Source of the DNA: a virus
Lineage: Duplodnaviria; Caudoviricetes
DNA: 24,523 bases
Virus record (IMG/VR): IMGVR_UViG_3300049070_000101
Coordinates: 1-24,523 of that record
Direction: 5' to 3' (one strand)
Made by a program: the position numbers and the translations under genes. Position 1 is the stretch's first letter. Each line of letters opens with the position of its first letter. The notes under the pieces are model-generated. The model worked only from the letters and a program-made list of their open reading frames with translations, did no database searches and was not told the DNA's origin. Of the stretch, positions 15,134 through 23,436 are shown piece by piece.

Positions 15134-16514
15134 AACTTACGACGGCCGGGTGGACCGGCAAATCCTGGCGGGGATGGTCATGGACAAGGCCGTCCTGGGG
15201 GCGGTGGCGTCGCGGTGGGACAAGTCCCACCCGCCGTTCGCCAGCCGGGAAATGAACCTCCTGGGCGCGATGGCCGTCCAACACTACATGAAGTACAAGA
15301 AGGCCCCCGGCCGGGACATCGTCGGCCACTTCGACCGGTGGGCACAGGACGGGGCGGCCGACCCGGACACCGTCCGGCTGACGGAACGCATCCTGTCGTC
15401 GGTGTCACAGGAGTACGAACAGGGGACGCCCCTGTCTAGTGCCTACCTGTTGGACCTGGCCGACCAGCGGTTCAACGCCGTCCGGGCCAAGGAACTGCGT
15501 GACCTGATCGACGCCGACCTTTCGTCCGGGGACGTTCAGAAGGCGATGGACCGGATCGACCTGTTCCGCCCCCTGCGGATCGGGGCCGCCAGCGGCGTGT
15601 CCCTGCTGTCGGAGCCGGCCCTGGTCAAGTCGGCCTTCGAGTCCCAGGGCGAGGTCGTCATGCGCTGGGGCCAGAAGGCGCTGGACGACTTCTTCGAGGA
15701 CAGTTTGGAGAGGGACGCCTTCGTCACATTTGTCGGCAAAGAGAAAGTCGGCAAGTCGTTCTGGTTGCAGGAGGTCATGTGGTCCCTGATCCACCAGGGC
15801 CGCAACACCGCGTTCTTCGAGGTCGGCGACCAGTCCCAAGCCCAGGTCATCCGCCGAATCGCCGCCCGCGCCGCCGGCAGGCCGTACAAGGCGGACCGGT
15901 TGGTCCGGGTGCCGACCGCACTAGACACGTCTTCGGAGCCGGCCGAGGTGGACTACGAAGAACGGTCCTACGACGCCCCCATGACCTGGGACGAGGTGTC
16001 CGCCGCGTTCCGAAACCTGTCCCGCGAGGTGGGAAAGGACCGGTTGAAGCTGTCCGTCCACCCTAACAGTTCGATCAGCGCCCTGGGAATCGAAGCGATT
16101 GTCGAGTCCTGGGTCCGGTCCGGGTGGGTGCCGGACGCGATCGTGTTGGACTACATCGACATCCTGGCCCCCATCGACGGCAAGGCCGACACCCGCGACC
16201 AGATCAACGCGACCTGGAAGGCGTTGCGGCGGCTGAATCAGCAGTACCACTGCCTGCTGGTCGGCGCGACCCAAGCCGACGCCGCCAGCTACGACGCCAA
16301 GATGCTGACCATGCGGAACTTTTCGGAAGACAAGCGCAAGCACAGCCACGTCACCGGCATGGTGGGGATTAACCAGACTACCAAAGAGAAGGAGAAGGGA
16401 ATCTACCGGCTGAACTGGATCGTCGGCCGTGACCTGGAGTTCAGCACGGACCGCTGCGTCTACACCGCTGCCTGCCTGCCGCTGGCGAACCCTGCTGTGA
16501 TTAGCTCTTTCTAG
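15123..16514 (+). CDS. dnaB: Replicative DNA helicase, DnaB-like (SF4)
   Basis: Walker A GKEKVGKS, FFE, Walker B IVLDYIDIL, ATQA, NFSEDKRK; GGAGG SD. Confidence 0.88.
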   Translation: MKVETYDGRVDRQILAGMVMDKAVLGAVASRWDKSHPPFASREMNLLGAMAVQHYMKYKKAPGRDIVGHFDRWAQDGAADPDTVRLTERILSSVSQEYEQGTPLSSAYLLDLADQRFNAVRAKELRDLIDADLSSGDVQKAMDRIDLFRPLRIGAASGVSLLSEPALVKSAFESQGEVVMRWGQKALDDFFEDSLERDAFVTFVGKEKVGKSFWLQEVMWSLIHQGRNTAFFEVGDQSQAQVIRRIAARAAGRPYKADRLVRVPTALDTSSEPAEVDYEERSYDAPMTWDEVSAAFRNLSREVGKDRLKLSVHPNSSISALGIEAIVESWVRSGWVPDAIVLDYIDILAPIDGKADTRDQINATWKALRRLNQQYHCLLVGATQADAASYDAKMLTMRNFSEDKRKHSHVTGMVGINQTTKEKEKGIYRLNWIVGRDLEFSTDRCVYTAACLPLANPAVISSF

Positions 16515-16523
16515 GAGTAATTC

Positions 16524-16778
16524 ATGGGACCAGACCCGTGCCTGTGCGGTCATTCCTTCGATGACCATGACAACTTCGGCCCCTGCCGGGCCGACTGTAG
16601 CTGCCGGAAGTTCCGCAGCGACTACCACGCGGGGCTGACCCCGGACGCCACCAGGGTCACGGACCAGATGCGCCGGTGGCACGAACACCGCGACTTTTAC
16701 CACACCCACGACGGACAAAAGCTGACCACCCACAACCCGGCGGACGGAACCCCGCAGCCGTGCCCGAACGGCCGGTGA
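16524..16778 (+). CDS. Small Cys/His-rich protein
   Basis: AGGAG SD; CLCGH...H...C...CSCRKF. Confidence 0.65.
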   Translation: MGPDPCLCGHSFDDHDNFGPCRADCSCRKFRSDYHAGLTPDATRVTDQMRRWHEHRDFYHTHDGQKLTTHNPADGTPQPCPNGR

Positions 16779-16816
16779 TATACCTATTGGACCGAAAACG
16801 CGAAAAGGAACCCGAC

Positions 16817-17074
16817 GTGGCCACGGCCGACAACCCCCTGAAGTTTTCCGGCGGCGTGGCGGAAGCCCTGTTCAAAATGCTGCACCGGGCCGGCCGCAAG
16901 CGGCCCGTGACCCGCCGGGACGCCCACGCCAGGCTGGTCGCCAGGTTCCCCGACTACGACCCCGACGACCTGTGGGTGTTCGTGGTCAACCAACTGCCCA
17001 ACCGGCTGCGGACGGTCCGCGGCCTGAAGCTGTGCCGTAACGCCAAAAGCCCCCGCGGGTACTGGATCGAGTGA
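16817..17074 (+). CDS. Hypothetical protein, possibly winged helix (alternative start 16775)
   Basis: AAGGA SD before GTG 16817; helical pattern ending RGYWI. Confidence 0.6.
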   Translation: MATADNPLKFSGGVAEALFKMLHRAGRKRPVTRRDAHARLVARFPDYDPDDLWVFVVNQLPNRLRTVRGLKLCRNAKSPRGYWIE

Positions 17075-17280
17075 TGGGTCAATCCAACTGGGTCCACTTT
17101 GACGACTGCGAGATCGTCGGTGCCACGGAGAAGGCGATCAAAGTCAAGTACGGCGACCACGAGCCGTTCTGGGTGCCCCGAAGTCAGGTGTCCGACGGCG
17201 ATCAGTACGACACCGGGGACGAAAACGTAACCGTCAGCATCGCGGAGTGGTTCTGCGAAAAGGAGGGACTGGAACCATGA
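17071..17280 (+). CDS. Small acidic phage beta-barrel-type protein
   Basis: ATEKAIKV....FWVPRSQV...IAEWF.EKEGL, a pattern common in phage hypotheticals. Confidence 0.75.
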   Translation: MMGQSNWVHFDDCEIVGATEKAIKVKYGDHEPFWVPRSQVSDGDQYDTGDENVTVSIAEWFCEKEGLEP

Positions 17281-17582
17281 CCAGGGCCAAGACACAACCA
17301 AGGAAGTTCAAGCTGCGGTACGTTGTCGAGCCGTGGGACAAGGCCCCGGCCGGGAAATCCACCAAGACCGCGGACGGCCGGGTGCGTGCGTCAGGTGACA
17401 GGTACGGGTACGCCGACGACCTTTTCATCATCTCAATGTCCTCAGTTGGGACTAAATCCTGGTTGTTGCTGGACACCAGGGCGCCGGAAACATTCACCAG
17501 ACCCACCATCGCCCAACTGACCGAGGTCCGGGACTACTTGAACCACCTGATCGAAAACCACACATCGGAGTTTCCGAAGTGA
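17277..17582 (+). CDS. Hypothetical protein
   Basis: AAGGAGG SD; ATGA/GTGA coupling. Confidence 0.7.
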   Translation: MTRAKTQPRKFKLRYVVEPWDKAPAGKSTKTADGRVRASGDRYGYADDLFIISMSSVGTKSWLLLDTRAPETFTRPTIAQLTEVRDYLNHLIENHTSEFPK

Positions 17583-18712
17583 CTGCCACCAAGACCAAGA
17601 CCCGAATCCCCCGCCAGGAACTACTGGCCGCGCTGGAAGCGGTCGAACCCGGGCTGTCCGCCAGCGACATCCTGGAACAGTCCAGTTGCGTCGTGTTCCG
17701 GGGCGGCTGGGTGTACAGCTTCAACGACGAAATTTGCACCCGGGTCAGGGGGCCGCTGCCGCCCGACCTGCAAGGGGCCTGCCACGGCAAGCCGGTCCTG
17801 GACAGCGTCCGCCGGATCAAGGCCGACGCCGTGGACGTGTGGGTCGCTGACGGCCGGCTGTGGGTCGCCGCCGGCCGCCAGCGGGCCTACGCCCGGCTGG
17901 AAACCGAAATCCTGCTGCCGGTCGGGTTGGTGGAAAAGCCGGCCGGCTGGGTCAAGCTACACCCCGACCTGCTGCCGGCCCTGACGATGGCCCACGAGTT
18001 CGCCGGCAAGGACGACAGCCAATACGTCTTCACCTGCGTCCACCTCACGCCGGAATTCCTGGAGGCGTGCGACAGCACCCAGGCGCTACGGGTGAAAGTT
18101 CCCACCGGGGTACGGGAACCGATCCTGGTCAGGCGTGAGGCCGTCAAGGCGGTGTCGTCCCTGGGCGTCACCCACATGTCGGAGACACCCGGGTGGGTCC
18201 ACTTCCGCGCCCCGGCACGCACCGAAGAGGACGACCGGTCCCCGGAACTGTGCCTGTCCTGCCGCCGGCACCTGGAAGAGTATGACGACCTGTCCGCCAA
18301 CTTCGCCTTCAAGGGGAACAAGGCCCGGCTGCCCAAGGAACTGGTCGAAGCGGCCGACTTCGCCGGGGCACACACGGAGCAGAACAGCAGCGACCGGCTG
18401 GTGGACGTGTGGGTCAAGCCGGGCGCCGTCAGGGTGTCCGGGACCGGCAACACGTCGGGCGCGGAACAGTGGGCCAAGTGCCAGTACGACGGGGACGAAC
18501 TGCGGTTCCGGATCGCCCCGAAAATGCTGGCCCGGATCGTGGAGCGCTACCCGGAGTGCGAGATCACGTTCAACAAGTTGAAGGCGTCCGGGGGCAACTG
18601 GGTGTACGTCACCGCCCTGGGCGTGCCCAACCAGGGGGAGGACGAAGGTGGCGAAGAAGAAATCCAAGCCGAAGAGTCCGAAGGCGAAGCCGTGGCCGCC
18701 GACGAAGGTTGA
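17579..18712 (+). CDS. DNA polymerase sliding clamp (DnaN/beta-like) with an acidic tail
   Basis: RIPRQELLAALEAV...ILEQ..CVVF...SFNDEI; middle-domain FAGKDDSQYVFTCVHL...LEACD; length ~350 aa plus tail, as for beta clamp. Confidence 0.7.
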   Translation: MTATKTKTRIPRQELLAALEAVEPGLSASDILEQSSCVVFRGGWVYSFNDEICTRVRGPLPPDLQGACHGKPVLDSVRRIKADAVDVWVADGRLWVAAGRQRAYARLETEILLPVGLVEKPAGWVKLHPDLLPALTMAHEFAGKDDSQYVFTCVHLTPEFLEACDSTQALRVKVPTGVREPILVRREAVKAVSSLGVTHMSETPGWVHFRAPARTEEDDRSPELCLSCRRHLEEYDDLSANFAFKGNKARLPKELVEAADFAGAHTEQNSSDRLVDVWVKPGAVRVSGTGNTSGAEQWAKCQYDGDELRFRIAPKMLARIVERYPECEITFNKLKASGGNWVYVTALGVPNQGEDEGGEEEIQAEESEGEAVAADEG

Positions 18713-18923
18713 CACGGACCACCCCCTGTGGCCCGACTTCGTGGCCTGGTGGAAGTCGTCCTACCTGGCCAAGCGGTGGGGCGTGCCGAACGTACCCATC
18801 GAGGACGGGACATTCACGTCCCACCTGTACGGCGCGTACTGGCAAGCCTTCGTGTTTGGTAGCGTCGCCGAAAAAGATTTTCAGGAAAGGGTAAGACTTG
18901 AACGATCCAAAAATTCCCCGTGA
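18648..18923 (+). CDS. Hypothetical protein with a basic N-terminus
   Basis: GGAGG SD 6 nt before GTG; HPLWPDFVAWW...YWQAF. Confidence 0.65.
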   Translation: MAKKKSKPKSPKAKPWPPTKVDTDHPLWPDFVAWWKSSYLAKRWGVPNVPIEDGTFTSHLYGAYWQAFVFGSVAEKDFQERVRLERSKNSP

Positions 18924-19305
18924 GCACCCCGCCTACCCGGCTTTCAAGCGATGGGCGGACGAAAATTTCCCCGGTCAGATGTTGTCCGTCTACTGGGCGT
19001 GCTGGCTGGCGGGCGGTGCCTACGCACTGACCAACGCCAGGGACACCGCCCTGAAAATGGCGAAGGAAGTCGAAGACCGAAACGCCCAGGCGGCCGTCGA
19101 ACGTCAGGCGGCGGCCCTGCAAGACCGCCCCCGTCCGGACATCGTACCCCGCGAGGTCGCCCCGCTGTTCATCGTCCCGTGCGGCAAGGGGCCGATGCCC
19201 CAGGACTGCATGGAGACGCACGTCCGGGACTGTCCGGTCTGTCGGGACGAAATGGACAGGGTTCTGGCCAGCCCCAAGCCCCTACCCCAGATCGGGGGTC
19301 CGTGA
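18898..19305 (+). CDS. Hypothetical protein with a C-terminal HxxxCxxC motif
   Basis: TTG start; HPAYPAFKRW...YWACW; HVRDCPVC. Confidence 0.65.
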   Translation: MNDPKIPREHPAYPAFKRWADENFPGQMLSVYWACWLAGGAYALTNARDTALKMAKEVEDRNAQAAVERQAAALQDRPRPDIVPREVAPLFIVPCGKGPMPQDCMETHVRDCPVCRDEMDRVLASPKPLPQIGGP

Positions 19306-19601
19306 TGGTCACAGTCCAGTTTTTCGCCGCGAACGTGCCGGATTCGGAACCGGATTTCTACCTGGACATGCCGTCCGGGGTGCGAATCCTGTCGGCCTGC
19401 CCGCTGCCGGCGTCCGAAGAGTGTTGGCGGTTGGGTTTGTACGCGGAGTGTCGGTCGGACTCCGTGAATAGAAAACACCGGTTCCGTGCCTACCGAACCA
19501 GCGTCCCAATGGACCTGCCCGTCAACGCCCGGTACGTCGGGACCGTGTCGTTCAGCCACGGGGCGATGGTACTTCACATTTATTTCTTAGGGGAAGTCTG
19601 A
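19302..19601 (+). CDS. Small phage beta protein (DUF7352-like)
   Basis: LDMPSGVRILS...LYAEC...RFRAYRT...YVGTV....VLHIY. Confidence 0.65.
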   Translation: MMVTVQFFAANVPDSEPDFYLDMPSGVRILSACPLPASEECWRLGLYAECRSDSVNRKHRFRAYRTSVPMDLPVNARYVGTVSFSHGAMVLHIYFLGEV

Positions 19602-20080
19602 TGCCGCGGGTCCATTTCGTCAAGAAGGCACTGAAGGACAACAGCGTTTGCAAGAAGGGGGAGAGTTACTACTGGTGGAAACACCGCAGGAAGGGCGCCC
19701 GATCCGGGTTCAAGCGTATGAGCAAGAACCGACCACGGCCTAGCCAGTTGACCATGTCGGAGTACCTGTCCGCCGTGTACTCACTTCAAGAGGATATCGA
19801 GGACGCCAAGCCCGAGAGTCTGGAAGACCTTCAATCTATGTTGGAGGAATGGAAGTCACAAGTCGAGGAAATCCGGGACAACTGCCAGGAGAAGTTCGAC
19901 AACATGCCCGAGGGGTTGCAGCAGGGGGAAATCGGACAACTGTTGGAACAGCGGGTCCAGGCGATGGAGGAGTGGATCAACGATCTGGACAACGTCCAGA
20001 TCGACCCGGACGACAAAAACGAAGACACCCTGGAAAACGCCCTGGACGAAATTCGGAACATTGGGGTGGATGTCTTCTAA
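19601..20080 (+). CDS. Conserved phage protein with a basic N-terminus and acidic coiled coil
   Basis: PRVHFVKKA-KD...KKGESYYWWK...RPSQLT; EEIRD..QEKFDNMPEGLQ. Confidence 0.8.
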   Translation: MPRVHFVKKALKDNSVCKKGESYYWWKHRRKGARSGFKRMSKNRPRPSQLTMSEYLSAVYSLQEDIEDAKPESLEDLQSMLEEWKSQVEEIRDNCQEKFDNMPEGLQQGEIGQLLEQRVQAMEEWINDLDNVQIDPDDKNEDTLENALDEIRNIGVDVF

Positions 20081-21303
20081 TGCCCAAGGGATTCTACCCC
20101 CGGCTGTCGATGGCCACCCCCCGGCAGGCCACGGCCTTGCACACGCCCCGCTGCGGCGCGTGTGGGCTGCACCGGGGATGCAAGTCGCCGAAGATGCCGG
20201 TGGCGGGGCAGGGACGGCTGGGTATTTTAGTTGTAGGAGAGGCACCCGGACAGACCGAAGATGAGAAAGGAATCCCCTTCGTCGGCAAGACCGGCCACCA
20301 CCTCCAGGACGTAATCACCCGGGCCGGCTTCGACTTGTTTCGAGACTGTTGGATAACAAACTCTGCTCGTTGTAGGCCCCCCGGCAACACGCTACCGGAA
20401 AAGGCGGTGGACCACTGCCGGCCGTACCTGCTGCGGGCAATCGAAGAGCTTCAACCCAGGGTGATCCTGCTGTTGGGCAGGCACGCCATGCGGTCCTGTC
20501 TGGAACCCCTGGGGCGGGACGACGTGTCCGGCGACGGCGTGGTCAGGAAGTGGGCGGGGTGGCGCATCCCCTGCCAGAAGTGGAACTGCTGGATCGTACC
20601 GACCTACCACCCGTCCCACGTCCTGCGGTCGCTGGACGAGAAACGGGGCACGGGCCAGGTGATCGCCAACGACTTCGCCCGCCACGTCACGGACGCCTTC
20701 AAGGCACCCGACCGGCCCTGGGACGAAGTGCCCGACTGGCCGTCCACGGTCAGACTGGTTCACAACCCGGAAGAGGTTGCCTTCCACGTAGACGGAATTC
20801 GGGAAGAGGGCGGGCCGGTCGCCTTCGACTACGAAACGAACATGCTCAAACCCGACCACGGGGATTCCCGGATCGTTTGCTGTTCCGTGTCGGACGGGGT
20901 CGTGACCTACGCCTTCCCCTGGGTCGGGCAGGCGGTCGGGGCCGTGAAGCGGTTACTAACCTCGGACGTGCCCAAATACGGCTGGTCGCTTAAGTTTGAA
21001 ACCCGCTGGTCCCTGGCCAAGCTGGGGGTGTGGGTGCGGAACTGGGCCTGGGACGGCATGACAACCGCCCACGCCCTGGACCCCAGACCGGGGATTTCTG
21101 GATTGAAGTTCCAATCTTTTGCCCGGCTGGGGGTGGCCGACTACAGCAGTCACATCGACCCTTACCTGAAGGGGACTGGCGGGTACGGGAAGAACCGCAT
21201 CCGGGAGGCGGACCTGGACAGCGTCCTGCGGTACTGCGGACTCGACAGCCTCTACGAGTACAAACTGTGCCGGTTGCAGATGAAAGACCTGGGGGTGGAT
21301 TAA
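20080..21303 (+). CDS. Family-4 uracil-DNA glycosylase fused to a PolA-type 3'-5' exonuclease (no polymerase domain)
   Basis: CGACGL, VGEAPG-TED-KG-PFVG-TG, TN..RCRPPGN, C, TYHPS; then AFDYET (ExoI), LKFE (ExoII-like), YCGLD (ExoIII), stop. Confidence 0.88.
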   Translation: MPKGFYPRLSMATPRQATALHTPRCGACGLHRGCKSPKMPVAGQGRLGILVVGEAPGQTEDEKGIPFVGKTGHHLQDVITRAGFDLFRDCWITNSARCRPPGNTLPEKAVDHCRPYLLRAIEELQPRVILLLGRHAMRSCLEPLGRDDVSGDGVVRKWAGWRIPCQKWNCWIVPTYHPSHVLRSLDEKRGTGQVIANDFARHVTDAFKAPDRPWDEVPDWPSTVRLVHNPEEVAFHVDGIREEGGPVAFDYETNMLKPDHGDSRIVCCSVSDGVVTYAFPWVGQAVGAVKRLLTSDVPKYGWSLKFETRWSLAKLGVWVRNWAWDGMTTAHALDPRPGISGLKFQSFARLGVADYSSHIDPYLKGTGGYGKNRIREADLDSVLRYCGLDSLYEYKLCRLQMKDLGVD

Positions 21304-21845
21304 TGGAACTGAGAATAACCCAGATTCAAAGGTCTGCGGTACTGAGTCCCTGCGGCAAGTACCGCTACGAGTTGACCCGCTGGTGGGACCGGTCCAAACC
21401 CATGACGTGCTGGATCATGCTGAACCCATCGACCGCGGACCACCGGGTGGACGACCCGACGGTCCGCCGGTGCATGGCCTTCAGCCGGTCGTGGGGACAC
21501 GGCGGGATGGTCGTGGTCAACCTGTTCGCCCTGCGGTCCAGTTCCCCCCAGGCGTTGAAGAAAGCCGGGTTCTGGACCGCCGTGGGGGAACTTCGGACCA
21601 GTGCCGCCGAATCCGACAACGACAGTTTCATCCGCCTGTGGGCCAGTAAGTGTCCCCTGGTCGTGGCCGCCTGGGGGGCGCACGGGAACTTCGGCGACCG
21701 TGACTTTGTAGTCGCCAACATGCTCAGTAGATCAGGGATCAAACTATTATGCCTGGAAACGACGGCCAGGGGACACCCCCGACACCCCCTGTACGTCCCG
21801 TCGGGAACGCCCTTGAAAACCTACCGCTGGGGGTTAGGCCGCTAA
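21303..21845 (+). CDS. DUF1643 domain protein
   Basis: SPCGKYRYELTRWW, IMLNPSTAD...DDPTVRRC..F, VNLFA-RS, AAWG, G-PRHPLYV. Confidence 0.9.
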   Translation: MELRITQIQRSAVLSPCGKYRYELTRWWDRSKPMTCWIMLNPSTADHRVDDPTVRRCMAFSRSWGHGGMVVVNLFALRSSSPQALKKAGFWTAVGELRTSAAESDNDSFIRLWASKCPLVVAAWGAHGNFGDRDFVVANMLSRSGIKLLCLETTARGHPRHPLYVPSGTPLKTYRWGLGR

Positions 21846-21868
21846 CGCACGAAAGGAGTCATTGCCCC

Positions 21869-22183
21869 ATGCGACACTGTGCCGTCTGCGACCGGCCCTA
21901 CGACCCCGCCGCCCGCCCCAAGGGTTGCAAGCGGTACGTCTGCGGCATGGACTGCCAGCGGGAGGTCTGGCGGCGGCAGTCCCGGGACAGGCACAGGGCC
22001 AGGAAGCTCGGACCCAGGGCGCGGTCTGTCCCGGAACCGGGGGGCCGCTACCTCCGCCGACTGTTGAACGACTTCGACTACGTATTCCCCGAATACACAG
22101 GAGTCATCCCGTGGACGCCGCCAGTGATCCCGTGGTCGATGCTGATGCCGAAATCCGGGGACTTCGCGCACCCCGCACACTAG
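21869..22183 (+). CDS. Small zinc-finger protein (CxxC...CxxxC)
   Basis: AAGGAG SD; HCAVCDRPY...YVCGMDCQR followed by a basic helix. Confidence 0.6.
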   Translation: MRHCAVCDRPYDPAARPKGCKRYVCGMDCQREVWRRQSRDRHRARKLGPRARSVPEPGGRYLRRLLNDFDYVFPEYTGVIPWTPPVIPWSMLMPKSGDFAHPAH

Positions 22184-22551
22184 CCGACTGCCCGACCGTG
22201 GCCGGCCTGATCGACCTGTACGTGGACCTCCGCAACACCGTCCCCGACAAGTCCGCGAACGGCAACGACGCGGAACGGGAAGACCACCTGCAAAGGTGGT
22301 CCGCTGTCGAGGGGGTTTTGAACGACGCCCTGGCCTACTACGGCGTGGTCGTGTGGCGGGGCCGGTGCTGGTTCAGCCGCGTGCCGGTCCGACTGTACGC
22401 GGTCAACTGGGTCGCCTTTGGGGGGTTCGGCGACAGCCTGCCCTGGCCCCCGGGGCGCAAGGAACCGGTGGCGGAACCGCCACAGGCCGAGGCACCGGCG
22501 GTAGAAGAAAAGATCGGCGGCTTCATCAGTACGGACAAGTTCTGTCAGTAG
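22111..22551 (+). CDS. Hypothetical protein
   Basis: AGGAG SD (22099-22103) before GTG 22111; the 3' part of ORF 21862..22551 has genuine codon bias. Confidence 0.6.
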   Translation: MDAASDPVVDADAEIRGLRAPRTLADCPTVAGLIDLYVDLRNTVPDKSANGNDAEREDHLQRWSAVEGVLNDALAYYGVVVWRGRCWFSRVPVRLYAVNWVAFGGFGDSLPWPPGRKEPVAEPPQAEAPAVEEKIGGFISTDKFCQ

Positions 22552-22559
22552 GGGAAACC

Positions 22560-22904
22560 ATGACGGTCGAAGAATTTCAGGTCGTGGTCGAACGCCGGAT
22601 CGCCCTGACCCGGCAGACGTTGGACGCCAAGAAACACCACTACGCCAGCGACGCGGACCGGATGCACAACTTCAAGGTGATGGCGGAACTCCAGGGGAAC
22701 ACGCCCGAAGAGTCCCTGCTGGGGGTGGCGGTCAAGCACTGGTTTAGCGTCCGGGAAATGGTGGACCAGTTCGCCAGGACCGGAACCGCCCCCACCCGGG
22801 GGCAGGTGGACGAGAAGCTGGGGGACGCGGTCTGTTACCTGTTCCTCCTGGAAGGCTTGTTTGAAGAGGAAAGGGGAAGCTTGTGCTTGAAACCGAAGGA
22901 TTGA
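22560..22904 (+). CDS. All-alpha NTP-pyrophosphatase-like protein (DUF1599/Nmad1-type)
   Basis: L-AK-HHYA...DR-HNFK..A...KH....EKLGDAVCYLFLL. Confidence 0.75.
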   Translation: MTVEEFQVVVERRIALTRQTLDAKKHHYASDADRMHNFKVMAELQGNTPEESLLGVAVKHWFSVREMVDQFARTGTAPTRGQVDEKLGDAVCYLFLLEGLFEEERGSLCLKPKD

Positions 22905-23038
22905 GTTCCGTCGCCAGGGAACTCCACCGGATCGGCGACGAGGTTTACTTCGCCACGTTCATCATCAGCCTGTCCACCCTGGCCGTGGTCGTGTCCCTGG
23001 GGGCGATCATCCTGACGATCAAGGGGAACAGGACGTGA
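22883..23038 (+). CDS. 51-aa single-pass membrane protein (below the ORF-track cutoff)
   Basis: GTG start; MLETEGLSSVARELHRIGDEVYFATFIISLSTLAVVVSLGAIILTIKGNRT*; GTGA coupling to the HNH gene. Confidence 0.6.
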   Translation: MLETEGLSSVARELHRIGDEVYFATFIISLSTLAVVVSLGAIILTIKGNRT

Positions 23039-23433
23039 ATGAACCGACCCCGCCCCCGGAACCGATGTTGGTCCCGGAACACCTGTATTTGGCCAGCCCC
23101 GACATGGCCCAGATCGTGTCGGACGAGTTGGTGCGATCGTTCGGCCAGCCCCGGGCGTCGGGGTGGTCACGGCTGCGGGACGACTGGATTAAAGAACACC
23201 CGGCGTGTGCCGTGTGCGGGACGGAAAGCGGGTGCGTCCCCCACCACGTCGTCCCCGTCCACGTTGACCCTACTAAGGAGTTAGACCGGGACAATTTGGT
23301 CACACTTTGCCCGCCCGACCACCTGATGTTCGGGCACCTGAAAAACTGGGCGTCCTGGAACTGCAACGTGAAGGCCGACGCTAATTACTGGCACATGAAG
23401 ATTGCCTGCCGCCCGGAAAAGAAAGGGGGTTGA
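23035..23433 (+). CDS. HNH endonuclease (short, Zn-binding type)
   Basis: WSRLR...HPACAVCG...HHVVP.......DNLVTLC...H...GH. Confidence 0.85.
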   Translation: MNEPTPPPEPMLVPEHLYLASPDMAQIVSDELVRSFGQPRASGWSRLRDDWIKEHPACAVCGTESGCVPHHVVPVHVDPTKELDRDNLVTLCPPDHLMFGHLKNWASWNCNVKADANYWHMKIACRPEKKGG

Positions 23434-23436
23434 CGA

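Noticed and set aside
21862-22110. 229-aa ORF starting at TTG 21862
   Set aside because: Its 5' part reads as an off-frame shadow of the zinc-finger gene; an SD and GTG at 22111 explain the real 3' part.
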